Shown here one piece after another: positions 17,474-26,378 of a DNA stretch of 61,262 nucleotides. The stretch spans positions 1-61,262 of the forward strand of contig CALEZQ010000157.1 of assembly GCA_937928715.1 (NCBI GenBank), given 5' to 3'. The notes below the pieces were generated by a model. The model had not been told where the DNA came from and did not search any database. It saw nothing but the letters and a program-made list of their open reading frames with translations. Made by a program: the position numbers and the translations under genes. Each line of letters starts with the position of its first letter. Position 1 is the stretch's first letter. The stretch is from an uncultured Actinomycetes bacterium. GTDB lineage: Bacteria; Actinomycetota; Acidimicrobiia; Acidimicrobiales; Ilumatobacteraceae.

Positions 17474-19588
17474 ATGAGCGTGGTCCGCTCGAAGCTGATC
17501 GCACGGCTCGAACGTTCCGGGCCAGAGGTCGTAACAGTCGTAGCCGCGGGTGCGGGCTACGGCAAGACCACCCTTGTCCAGCAGTGGCTGGGCCAGCGCG
17601 AGGGCCGGACCGTGATGCTCAGTGTTGGCCCCGACACGGCGGGCGTCGTGGCATTCGGAAGAGCCCTGATGGACCGGTTGGGCGATGTGTTCCCGGACGA
17701 CCCGCAAGTGCAGGACCTGGCTCGCCGGGCGTACGGCACGTTTCCGGACTGGGCGAGGGTGCTCGTTCAACAACTCATCGTCGTCCTGGCGGGTCTGGAA
17801 GTGACGCTGGTGATCGACGACGCGCACCATCTCGACTCAGACGCCGAGGTCGGGATACTGGGTCCCCTCATCTCTGAGACCTCCGGTCGGACCAAGTTGG
17901 TGGTCGTCGGACGACGAACGCCGGCTCTCCCGCTCGCTCGCCTACGGGCGGAGGGTCGAGTCGAGGTCCTCGATGTGCGGACTCTTCGGTTTGACTCCGA
18001 GGAAGTGGCCCAGGCGCTCGCCGGGTCGCCTTTGGGAGAGGCGGCGATTGAACGTTTGGTGGCGCGAACAGGGGGATGGCCCACTGGAGTTCGGCTGGGA
18101 GCTCTCGCCCATGCCGAGGCGCACCCGGAAGCGTCGACACTAGAGAGGTCTCCGTGGTCGGTACACGACTACCTCCAAGAAGAGGTGTTCTCAAAGCTGT
18201 CGAGCGACGAGCTGCACTTTCTCGAGGACGTTGCGGCCCTTGCGCCGACTTCGGCAGAGTTCTGCGATGAAGTGCTGGAGCGCTCGGACTCAGAGCGGCT
18301 TCTGCGCTCGGCTGCCAGCGGGTACGTTCCGATGCTCGATGTCAGCGCCCCGCCGATCACCGTGAGCATGCATGAGCTGCTGGTTGATGAGATGCTCTCG
18401 CGGAGCGCTGCGCGAGAGAGGGGCAGAACACAACGACTTCGCGTTCGCGCAGGCCACATCTGCCGGTTGAGCGGGCAGCTTGATCAAGCGTTCAACTATT
18501 ACCTCCTCAGCGGCGAAGCAGCCAGCCTCGAACGATTCCTGTACTTCCAGACGCTGCCACTTGCGTTCACGGGCGATCAAGGACGGCTCGCCGGTTGGCT
18601 CGGATCAATCCCGGCCAGCCTCGGTCAATCCTCGGCCGTGAACGTCAGTCGGCTCATTTGCGCAGCAATCAACGGCGACGTCTGGGAGACGATTCGTTTG
18701 GGAGGCTCGCTGATGCGCTCGGGAGAGGTGTTGCCCGATGGGTCACCCGCCGGCGAGGTGGCGAAGCTGGTCTACAGGTTCGTCGGAATACAGCCTCTGG
18801 CGCGCTCGGCCGAGCCCCAACTACAAGACTCCGATGCTTTGGGAGCCATCGATCGACTGGTGCATGCGTGGAACGACTGGGCCCACGACAGCGTCGACCG
18901 GGCACTGAGTGCCTTGGTCGCGTTGGGTGGCCCGTTGGCGAACCTTCCGCTTCTGAACGGTGCGAGGTGCTCGATGCTGGCCTTGATCGAGATCTACCGC
19001 GGCAACTGGAGCCGCGCCGAGGACCTGCTCTTGCAGTCGCGAGGCCTCTATGAACGGTGCGCAGCTGATGACCATCCGCTGACCTCGTTCTCGGACGCAG
19101 TAGGGGCAAGGCTCTCGGCTCACGCCGGCGACATCGACCGGGCTACCCAGCTCGCTCAATCGTCACGCCTCAAGATGGCTCGCATGGAAGGCACAGTTGT
19201 CCGCCGGTTGGCAACCCTCATAGAGCTGGCCACCGTCTACCTTCAATTGGAGGACGTGTCAACGTGCCGCTTGCTCGTGGCGGAGGCCGAGAGAGTCTCA
19301 GTTGACTGGCCTGAGGCGACGCTTCTGCTCCGGAACCTGGGGGCCATCAAGCAAGCCGCCAGCTCGCTTCCGCGGCGAACAGGCATCATCTCCCCCCTCT
19401 CGACGGCTGAGCTGAGGGTGCTGGCCTACTTGCCCACCCATCATTCGATTCCCCAGGTTGCACGCAAGCTGTACGTAGCACCGAGCACCGTGCGGAGCCA
19501 GGTCTTGTCGATCTACAGGAAGCTCGGTGTCAATAGCCGCGCCGACGCTGTGCAGGCCGCGAGAGCGCTCGGATGGCTAGAGGGGTAA
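17474..19588 (+). CDS. LuxR-family large ATP-binding (LAL/MalT-like) transcriptional regulator
   Basis: N-terminal Walker A VVAAGAGYGKTTLV, Walker B-like LVIDDAHHL, and a C-terminal LuxR HTH LSTAELRVLAYLPTHHSIPQVARKLYVAPSTVRSQVLSIYRKLGV. Confidence 0.85.
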   Translation: MSVVRSKLIARLERSGPEVVTVVAAGAGYGKTTLVQQWLGQREGRTVMLSVGPDTAGVVAFGRALMDRLGDVFPDDPQVQDLARRAYGTFPDWARVLVQQLIVVLAGLEVTLVIDDAHHLDSDAEVGILGPLISETSGRTKLVVVGRRTPALPLARLRAEGRVEVLDVRTLRFDSEEVAQALAGSPLGEAAIERLVARTGGWPTGVRLGALAHAEAHPEASTLERSPWSVHDYLQEEVFSKLSSDELHFLEDVAALAPTSAEFCDEVLERSDSERLLRSAASGYVPMLDVSAPPITVSMHELLVDEMLSRSAARERGRTQRLRVRAGHICRLSGQLDQAFNYYLLSGEAASLERFLYFQTLPLAFTGDQGRLAGWLGSIPASLGQSSAVNVSRLICAAINGDVWETIRLGGSLMRSGEVLPDGSPAGEVAKLVYRFVGIQPLARSAEPQLQDSDALGAIDRLVHAWNDWAHDSVDRALSALVALGGPLANLPLLNGARCSMLALIEIYRGNWSRAEDLLLQSRGLYERCAADDHPLTSFSDAVGARLSAHAGDIDRATQLAQSSRLKMARMEGTVVRRLATLIELATVYLQLEDVSTCRLLVAEAERVSVDWPEATLLLRNLGAIKQAASSLPRRTGIISPLSTAELRVLAYLPTHHSIPQVARKLYVAPSTVRSQVLSIYRKLGVNSRADAVQAARALGWLEG

Positions 19589-19758
19589 CGCGGCCCGCGT
19601 GGCGGCAGGGCTCAACTATTCGTCGCGGCGACCGACAATCCACCAAATCGACGGATTGATCCAAGAAGGCGTTCGAGCAGACTCTCCGCTGCCAAACCTC
19701 GCCTGGAGGGCCTGGTCGTGTCAGGCAGGGCAACCGAACACCCATCTGCTGAGGGGCG

Positions 19759-22245
19759 ATGACTGCGGCACCGAGCGAACCTGCAGAACTTTATGGCGCT
19801 TTCGACCAGGCGGTGGAGTCAGTTCGCCAGTCACCAAGCTCAGGGTCGGTTCTCTCTGGAAATCGGCTCTGTGTCGCCATGGCGACGTTCGACGACTTCG
19901 ACGGTGCCTGGTTCACGATTCAGTCGCTCCGCCTTCACCACCCCGGCGTGGCAGACCGGGTCTCCCTCTTGCTCCTCGACAACAATCCCGGAGGTGTCAC
20001 CTCGCGGGCGCTGAGGGCCATGGTGGATCAGATCCCGAACTGTCGGTATCTGCCATTCGAGGGGTACCGCGGAACGTCGGTCAGGCATCTCCTCTTCGCC
20101 GAGACGGATGCCGACATAGTGTGTTGCGTCGACTCGCATGTGCTGCTGAGCCCGGGATCGCTTGAGGCAGTGTTGGACTACTTCGATGACGAGAATAACA
20201 AGTTCGACTTGTTGCATGGAGTGCTTCTCGGAGCAACGAGCACTCCAGCCGCGACTCACATGGAGCCAATTTGGTCTCAAATGTTCTTTGGCCGATGGGG
20301 CCTCAATGGGCTGGCCGCAGCGAAGGGAGAGCCGTTCGAAGTGGAGATGCACGGCCTTGGAGTCTTCGCATGCATGAGAGAGAGTTGGCCTGGACTGAAC
20401 TTCCGATTCAGGGGTTTTGGTGGAGAAGAGGGCTATTTGCATGAGAAGGTTCGTCGACGTGGTGGAAGGAATGTCTGCCATCCGAGGCTCGGATGGCTCC
20501 ATCGATTCGAGAGAAACGGTGGAACTCCGTACCCGAACGAACTGAGTGACCGAATCCGCAACTTCCGCATCGGCTGGCGTGAACTTGGCTGGGATGAGAA
20601 GGTGATTGAAGAGCACTTTCGCTCGGCGATAACTGACGGACATCAGCGAGAAGCAACCTTCGCCTTGGTGGAGAGGCAACTCGCGTCGCCGCGACTGCGT
20701 CTAGAGGCCTTGCTGGTTCTGGCGAGCACGGACCAAGAGTACGACTCCACGACGACGAGTCTGCAGGGGATCGACATAGGCTGGCTAGCGGAGCGGGTGC
20801 CGATACCGCAGTCCCCGACCGATGAGCGAACGACGTCCGCTCGGCGAGCGGCCATCGAACTGGCGGGACGCCGTGGATACAACCATGCGCTCGTCTTGGA
20901 CCCGGGCGCGACCCTGAATGAGGCGACCATGGTGGAGCTCGAAGCAGCGCTGAACATGATCGACTCCGGACAGCACTCCGTAGTTGTGCTGAGTCAGGCT
21001 CGCGGGGCCGGGGTGCATCTCGTTCACTCGAGGGCTTACGAAGTCTGGCCGAGCGAAGTTGGGAACGAAGGCAGCGGCCCGTCGCTCACGCCCGCGGTAG
21101 CGCGAGTCGCCGTCGATGTTCCCAACCTTGAACCGGCCTGGCAGAGACACGTTCGCCGAGCAGTCGTGGCGGTCCTCCTGCCCCGAGACCACCTTCCATT
21201 CATACGGGACTGGAGCAAGCACCACCGCGACCAGGGTTGGGAGGTTTGCCTGCTCGACAACACCGGATCTGTGGGCTCCGTCCGCCACACGAGTGCCCAT
21301 CGACGCGACCTACTTGCCCGGCGGCAGAGGCCGAGCCACCACTCGTACACCCAGGCGATGGATGACGGAGAAGTCACCCGAGCGCTGCGAGCTTTGGTAG
21401 ACGACCTTGGGGTGATGGTGCAGGCTTGGCAACCGAAGGCCGAGGACGGCGAGGTGGTGCACGGCCAGGCGGAAGCATACGCCCGGTTCATCGAGGCGAA
21501 CCGGGCGTTCGTCGACTGGGCAGCCTTCATCGACGCCGATGAGTACCTGTGTGCCGGATCGAGCCGCGACTGGGATGACCTCCTCGACCGATCAGAAGCA
21601 CAAGGCTGTCCGCGTATCCTTCTCGACGCAGTTCGCTACGAGCGGCGTTGGAGTGAGCAAGGGCTACCACGATCTGTTCCAACCCTGCAAGCGACATCAA
21701 TACAACACGGCGGCTCAAAGAACCTCGTCAAGCTTCGGGATGTCACGCGTGCAGACGTGCATTGGGCATGGGAATTCGGAGAGAACGACCTGTATGCAAA
21801 TCCCGACAGACTCGCCTTCGGATTCCGACATTACAGGGATGGCGGCAAGGTCGACGATCTCCGGCTCTCGCGTCGCAAGCTGAGTACGTGGATCGACGAG
21901 AGTGTAGCAGTGCAGCCGAAGACCAGTTCGCAGGATCACGTGATCACTAGAGAACAAAGGCGGAATGATGAGATGGCTGTGACGACAGAGGGATGGAGGC
22001 CAAGGTGGAGGGAGGGTCTGGAGACCGCTGAGGTTGCTGATGGCATGGTTGTCTACGGCAGCGAACTCGACGATGTCAGTCACCTCAACAGTACGGCAGC
22101 AGCGATCTTCCTCCTTTGTGATGGAAAAGGCAGTCGGCGCGACATCGAACGCAGCTTTGCTGAGGTCTTCGCGCTGACGGAGCCGGCCATTGAAGATGTC
22201 GACCGATGCCTAGAGCAGCTCTATGCGCAGGGATTGCTGCATTGA
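19759..22245 (+). CDS. Fusion protein: GT2 glycosyltransferase, second GT2_4/GT92-like domain, C-terminal PqqD-like RiPP recognition element
   Basis: ATG 19759 with GAGGGG 3-8 nt upstream. GT2 blocks: LCVAMATFDDFDG, LLLLDNNPGG, CVDSH. Second domain: VVAVLLPRDHLPFIRDWSKHHRDQGWEVCLLDNTGS ... AFIDADEYL. C-terminal PqqD signature: MVVYGSELDDVSHLNSTAAAIFLLCDGKGSRRDIERSFAEVFALTEPAIEDVDRCLEQLYAQGLL. Confidence 0.8.
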   Translation: MTAAPSEPAELYGAFDQAVESVRQSPSSGSVLSGNRLCVAMATFDDFDGAWFTIQSLRLHHPGVADRVSLLLLDNNPGGVTSRALRAMVDQIPNCRYLPFEGYRGTSVRHLLFAETDADIVCCVDSHVLLSPGSLEAVLDYFDDENNKFDLLHGVLLGATSTPAATHMEPIWSQMFFGRWGLNGLAAAKGEPFEVEMHGLGVFACMRESWPGLNFRFRGFGGEEGYLHEKVRRRGGRNVCHPRLGWLHRFERNGGTPYPNELSDRIRNFRIGWRELGWDEKVIEEHFRSAITDGHQREATFALVERQLASPRLRLEALLVLASTDQEYDSTTTSLQGIDIGWLAERVPIPQSPTDERTTSARRAAIELAGRRGYNHALVLDPGATLNEATMVELEAALNMIDSGQHSVVVLSQARGAGVHLVHSRAYEVWPSEVGNEGSGPSLTPAVARVAVDVPNLEPAWQRHVRRAVVAVLLPRDHLPFIRDWSKHHRDQGWEVCLLDNTGSVGSVRHTSAHRRDLLARRQRPSHHSYTQAMDDGEVTRALRALVDDLGVMVQAWQPKAEDGEVVHGQAEAYARFIEANRAFVDWAAFIDADEYLCAGSSRDWDDLLDRSEAQGCPRILLDAVRYERRWSEQGLPRSVPTLQATSIQHGGSKNLVKLRDVTRADVHWAWEFGENDLYANPDRLAFGFRHYRDGGKVDDLRLSRRKLSTWIDESVAVQPKTSSQDHVITREQRRNDEMAVTTEGWRPRWREGLETAEVADGMVVYGSELDDVSHLNSTAAAIFLLCDGKGSRRDIERSFAEVFALTEPAIEDVDRCLEQLYAQGLLH

Positions 22246-23093
22246 TCGATTTTCAGTTGCTTTGGTTTAGAGTGAGAATTGATGCGACTAAAGCGCATCC
22301 ATCCGCGGCCGAGGTGCTCAGCTTCTTGGTGCAGAATGCGCACCAGGACGACCTTGAGCCGACCAGAACCCTTCAACTGGAAGTAGCCGACCGCGGCTGT
22401 GGCTTCCAACTTCGGGAGTTCGGAAGCATTGGACAGTGGGTGGCCGACTCAACGGAGCTCCTTGACGCGGTCTATCAGCTCGTCCATCAGCGGGTCTTCG
22501 ATGAAGCCACCTTCCGAGGGTGGGTGCGACTCCATTCCGCGACCTTCGACCTTGGTAGTACGAGATGCCTCTTGGTGGGTCCGTCAGGGGCGGGCAAGAC
22601 GACCCTGTCCTGTGCTCTTGTGCTGAACGGAATAGATGTACAGGCCGACGAGAACACTTTCATACGGGGCGGAGTGGCTCTGCCGCTGCCTCGTCCCTTC
22701 CATCTGAAAGCCGGTATGGAGCACTATGTCCCGTGCCTTCGGGAACACACAGGAGGGCTTCCGGCAGTGCGAGAGGGAGCCGTGAGAGCATGGTGTCCAC
22801 GAGTCGACGGGCCGTGGACGATTGACAAGCGGCGCGTCGATCTCATCGTGTTTATTCGTCGCGATGCTCACTCCACTCGTGCCGAACGGCTTGAGACCGC
22901 GTCCGCCTTTGGGTCACTACTCGAGCATTCCTACCGCGGATCCGAAACTATCCGCCCGGTCGTCAGGGAGTTAGCGACGGTGCTCAGGAACGCGCCAGCC
23001 TTCTCGATGACCTGGCGGACGGCAGTCGAGGCCGTCGACCAGCTCCAGACGCTGATCAAGAGTGGCCCTACAACCCCTACAAGCGAAAGGTAG
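22206..23093 (+). CDS. HPr kinase-like (HPrK C-terminal-domain-like) P-loop protein
   Basis: LHSATFDLGSTRCLLVGPSGAGKTTLSCALVLNGIDVQADENTFI parallels the HPrK core lHg..v.v.G.GvLi.G.SG.GKS..al.L...Gh.LvaDD. The start is uncertain: ATG 22206 overlaps the upstream gene by 40 nt, and TTG 22242 or GTG 22272 are alternatives. Confidence 0.7.
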   Translation: MPRAALCAGIAALIDFQLLWFRVRIDATKAHPSAAEVLSFLVQNAHQDDLEPTRTLQLEVADRGCGFQLREFGSIGQWVADSTELLDAVYQLVHQRVFDEATFRGWVRLHSATFDLGSTRCLLVGPSGAGKTTLSCALVLNGIDVQADENTFIRGGVALPLPRPFHLKAGMEHYVPCLREHTGGLPAVREGAVRAWCPRVDGPWTIDKRRVDLIVFIRRDAHSTRAERLETASAFGSLLEHSYRGSETIRPVVRELATVLRNAPAFSMTWRTAVEAVDQLQTLIKSGPTTPTSER

Positions 23094-23100
23094 ATCAACC

Positions 23101-23448
23101 ATGACTACACCCGACCACACATCCGACAGCGACTCCCGTCGCGAGTTCCTGATCCGGCTCGGCGCAGTCGGCTTTGCAGCTCCTGTTGTCACGACCTTCG
23201 CGGGCGGGACCGTCTCTGCGTCACGCGCTCCTACTGCCAACGACTCAACAGGCGGGGCAACCACAACAGTTGATGGCCAGTCTGGGGTCGGCTCGACGAC
23301 GTCGACGGTCACCGTTCCCGACTCCAGCACGACGACGGTCGCGAGCCCGACGACCCCACCTCCGACGACCCCACCTCCGACGACCCCACCTCCGACGACC
23401 CCACCTCCCACGACACCACCCCCATTCACGACAGCACCCCCATTCTGA
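23101..23448 (+). CDS. 115-aa Tat-signal, Ser/Thr/Pro-rich protein with a C-terminal (PTTPP)5 tract; candidate modification substrate
   Basis: ATG 23101, 8 nt after the kinase stop, with GAAAGG 10 nt upstream. Near-consensus Tat motif SRREFLIRLGAVGFAAPVV. The remainder is TANDSTGGATTTVDGQSGVGSTTSTVTVPDSSTTTVASPTTPPPTTPPPTTPPPTTPPPTTPPPFTTAPPF. Confidence 0.6.
   Translation: MTTPDHTSDSDSRREFLIRLGAVGFAAPVVTTFAGGTVSASRAPTANDSTGGATTTVDGQSGVGSTTSTVTVPDSSTTTVASPTTPPPTTPPPTTPPPTTPPPTTPPPFTTAPPF
23351..23425 (+). repeat. 15-bp tandem repeat (cgaccccacctccga), 3 perfect copies plus 2 variant copies, encoding TTPPP units
   Basis: Read directly: unit starts at 23351, 23366, 23381 (perfect), 23396 (1-nt variant) and 23411 (degenerate). 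Confidence 0.85.
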
Positions 23449-23645
23449 GGTCATGGTCGGCAACCCGTCGTCAGTTGCCATTGTGGAGCCGTCTGCAGAG
23501 CCTGCGGACCACGCTTCGGCAACTCGGTCGGCGCCGGACGGCGGTGACCACCTCCCAGCGCCATCGCCTGGTGGCGAGGAGAAGTAGGGGACTGAGTTGT
23601 CTCAGAAGTGCGACCGCGCAGTCCGATCGAATCAATGGATGAGTC

Positions 23646-25568
23646 ATGCAGACGTCCGCACCAACCCGTTCCCTGCTCCGAACTCTTTCTCGGATACTCG
23701 CGGTCTCGCGAGAGCAAGAAAGACCAGCTGCTCAACTGTGGCCTGCGCTGCTGACCCTCTCGGAGAGCCATGCGCTCCAGCCAGCCCTGTGGGAAGCAGG
23801 GCTGAGGCGCGGCTGGTGGGTGAAGCTGGGGCCCGATGTGAGGCAGATGCTCGAGTTCAGGCTCGAGGCTGGCCGTACTCACGCTTTCCTTCTCCTGGAG
23901 AGCGCGTATGAGGAGAACGCTCATCGAAACAGCAACCTCCTCGGCCAGATGGAGTCGATCAGCAGCGTCCTGGGAGCCGCTGGGATAACCTTCGAGCCAC
24001 TAAAGGGCATCTACGCAGTTCAGGCCGGTTGGTGGGCCGATCCGACCATCCGAGTAATGCGAGACATCGACATCCTGGTGCCGGAGAATCAGGCATGGCA
24101 CGCGTGGCAGTTGCTGACCGAGATCGGATACGTGCCAGTACACGTCAGAAAGGACCCTGACGCCACGCAACACCTACCCGCCCTACACCTGCATGGGGCC
24201 GTCGGCTCCGTCGAGATCCACACAGCGCTCGCCCGTCGACGATGGGAGCACGTGCTTCCACCGGCGCATTTGTTCAGCGGCGTCATCGACCGAGACACCT
24301 TCGCTGTCGCACACCTTATCGCGAATGCTCAACTGCACGACGAAGGGCATCTTCTCGCCAAGGTGCCACTGCGTTCACTCTACGAGCTCGCAACCATCGC
24401 CAACGGACCACACCGTAAGAACATCGAATGGGGCTACATAGAGGACAGATTTCGGAAGGCGACGGCATCCAACGCACTAGAGGCCTATCGGCGCCTCGCT
24501 CGTCGCTTGTTCTCTTGTGACATCCCGTCCTCCAGATGGTCTCCAAGCGCGGACGCAAGGGCGACAGCTGCAATCGCCCTGTCATCGAGGCCCACCCTTG
24601 CTTCGAAAGTAGAGCCGTTTGCATACTTGCCAAGGTCCCTCTCAGCGCACCGAATGTCAGATCTCTATGGCGTCGACTGGACGTGGCGCGATCGGGTCTC
24701 CCACGTTGCAGGGCGGTCGCGTCCAAAGAAGAGTCACCTACATGTTTCGATTATCAAAGACCCGGGACCCTTTGGCATCAACAACCATACCTTCCTTCAC
24801 CGGTTGGGACTGGACTTGATCGACAGTATGACTGTTTCGGTGAACGACTACGACGCCCAGGCCGATCTGGTCGTCGTCTTCAATCATCTTCGTGAACCCG
24901 TGACCGTCAACGCGCCCGAGAATCGAGTCATCAAGGCTCTGCACGAGTGGCATCATGCTCCCTCGGCGGCGGACGAATACTCGATTGTGTACCCGCTGGC
25001 GTATGGCCCCGCTGATCCTCGCAACAGATTCGAGCCACTATTCGGGCCGTACTATGTCGACAAGCCGGCGGAATTCCTGCTGAACCAGACGCAGCAGAAG
25101 CAGCTCGACCGCGTCGGATTCTGCTACTCGGTGGGATCACCTTACCGTGTCGCGCTCTCTGCACTCGCCAGCGTGGATACGCTCTACCGCGATCGAAGTA
25201 CGTGCAAATGGACCTTCGGACAGAACCACCGATACTGGCTTGCGACGGAAAATAAGGTATCTGATGCCTACATCTCCGAGAAGCTATCGGACGGCATCCT
25301 CCTCGGGTGTTTCGTCTTCTACTCGGGATCTGCAAGAGCATCCGAGCACTTTCACCCGGATTGCTTTCGGGATGTCACGGGACTCAGCCCTGTCGAGGTC
25401 GGCGCTGTGATTTCTGAGGCGATCTCCAGCAGCGCCTACAGCAACGCCCGGGAGACCATACTTGCGGAGCGCAGGCGGCTACTTCTTGAGCGGTCGTTCG
25501 CTGCTCGATGTCGCTCCATCATCGATGAGGGCCCGGCGGCGCGACCAAGAAGGATGCTACTTCGCTGA
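23646..25568 (+). CDS. Fusion protein: NTP_transf_5-type nucleotidyltransferase-fold domain plus GT10 (fucosyltransferase-like) domain
   Basis: The N-terminal half has the NTP_transf_5-like core FEPLKGIYAV...IRVMRDIDILVPENQAWHAWQLLTEIGYVPV. The C-terminal half has the GT10-like motif YWLATENKVSDAYISEKLSDGILLGCFVFYSG (compare FENS...DYVTEK...G.VPVY.G) and an upstream ADLVVVFNH block. Confidence 0.7.
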   Translation: MQTSAPTRSLLRTLSRILAVSREQERPAAQLWPALLTLSESHALQPALWEAGLRRGWWVKLGPDVRQMLEFRLEAGRTHAFLLLESAYEENAHRNSNLLGQMESISSVLGAAGITFEPLKGIYAVQAGWWADPTIRVMRDIDILVPENQAWHAWQLLTEIGYVPVHVRKDPDATQHLPALHLHGAVGSVEIHTALARRRWEHVLPPAHLFSGVIDRDTFAVAHLIANAQLHDEGHLLAKVPLRSLYELATIANGPHRKNIEWGYIEDRFRKATASNALEAYRRLARRLFSCDIPSSRWSPSADARATAAIALSSRPTLASKVEPFAYLPRSLSAHRMSDLYGVDWTWRDRVSHVAGRSRPKKSHLHVSIIKDPGPFGINNHTFLHRLGLDLIDSMTVSVNDYDAQADLVVVFNHLREPVTVNAPENRVIKALHEWHHAPSAADEYSIVYPLAYGPADPRNRFEPLFGPYYVDKPAEFLLNQTQQKQLDRVGFCYSVGSPYRVALSALASVDTLYRDRSTCKWTFGQNHRYWLATENKVSDAYISEKLSDGILLGCFVFYSGSARASEHFHPDCFRDVTGLSPVEVGAVISEAISSSAYSNARETILAERRRLLLERSFAARCRSIIDEGPAARPRRMLLR

Positions 25569-26378
25569 ATGTTCGACGGGGGTGGTGCCACCCTTGGAGG
25601 ATGAGATCACCAGGGTGGCGAACTCGCGTGCGAGGTCGCTCAGGAGCTTGGCACAGAGTTCGAGTCCCTCCACAATCGTCTGATGACTGCTGTCGAGCTG
25701 TGCTGGCTGACTGAGGAACCAGTCGCTGGGGCAATCGGCGGATGCTCTAGGCCGGGGCAGAGGTTCCCTCAATGTCGTCGGGGGTGATGCTCGCAACTCA
25801 AGGGGGAGTGCCCCGGCAAGCTTCAAGCGGATGTAGGCAGCAGACTTCGAATCGCCCTCGCGCTCGAGTTGCTCGACCGAGTTCGTGACCAGCTGAACGC
25901 ACATGTCGGTCCATAGTCGACGACGTTCCTCCCATCTCTCGGTGTTCATCGAGGCGAATGGGGTGCCATCGACGAGCGACAAAGCCTCAACGACGGAGGC
26001 TGGGTCAAGGGATTGAGTCAAGGATTGGAATTGGTCTACATCGCACATCACCACGTCGCGATTGAGGCGTAGTCGACCTCCGACGCGTTGGATTGCCTCG
26101 ACTCCCAAGACACGTCGGACGCGATACAGCGCGGAGGAGAGTACCCGTGTGGTGGCGTTAGTGCCCCACCCCAACTCCATGACTTCCTGATTCGTAAGCC
26201 ACGAGGACGCAGCACCGAGCGTTGTGAGCAACACGATCTCGGACATTCCGAGATGGATATCGACGTCGTCTTTGAGTACTCGGGTTGGTCCAAGTAGACG
26301 GAGCTCAAACAGAGGGGTCCTCGTCGAGCGAGGGTCTATGCCTGTGTCCTTGCTAAGTCTCACTTCGTCGGAGGTCAT
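25557..26378 (-). CDS. SARP-family regulator (OmpR-type winged helix plus BTAD)
   Basis: ORF 25557..26468. The ATG at 26378 forms ATGA with the upstream gene stop (26375-26378). LFELRLLGPTRVLKDDVDIHLG ... ALYRVRRVLG is typical of a SARP DNA-binding domain, and a helical BTAD-like region follows. It converges on the 23646 gene with a 12-nt overlap. Confidence 0.7.
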   Translation of the reverse strand: MTSDEVRLSKDTGIDPRSTRTPLFELRLLGPTRVLKDDVDIHLGMSEIVLLTTLGAASSWLTNQEVMELGWGTNATTRVLSSALYRVRRVLGVEAIQRVGGRLRLNRDVVMCDVDQFQSLTQSLDPASVVEALSLVDGTPFASMNTERWEERRRLWTDMCVQLVTNSVEQLEREGDSKSAAYIRLKLAGALPLELRASPPTTLREPLPRPRASADCPSDWFLSQPAQLDSSHQTIVEGLELCAKLLSDLAREFATLVISSSKGGTTPVEHSAK

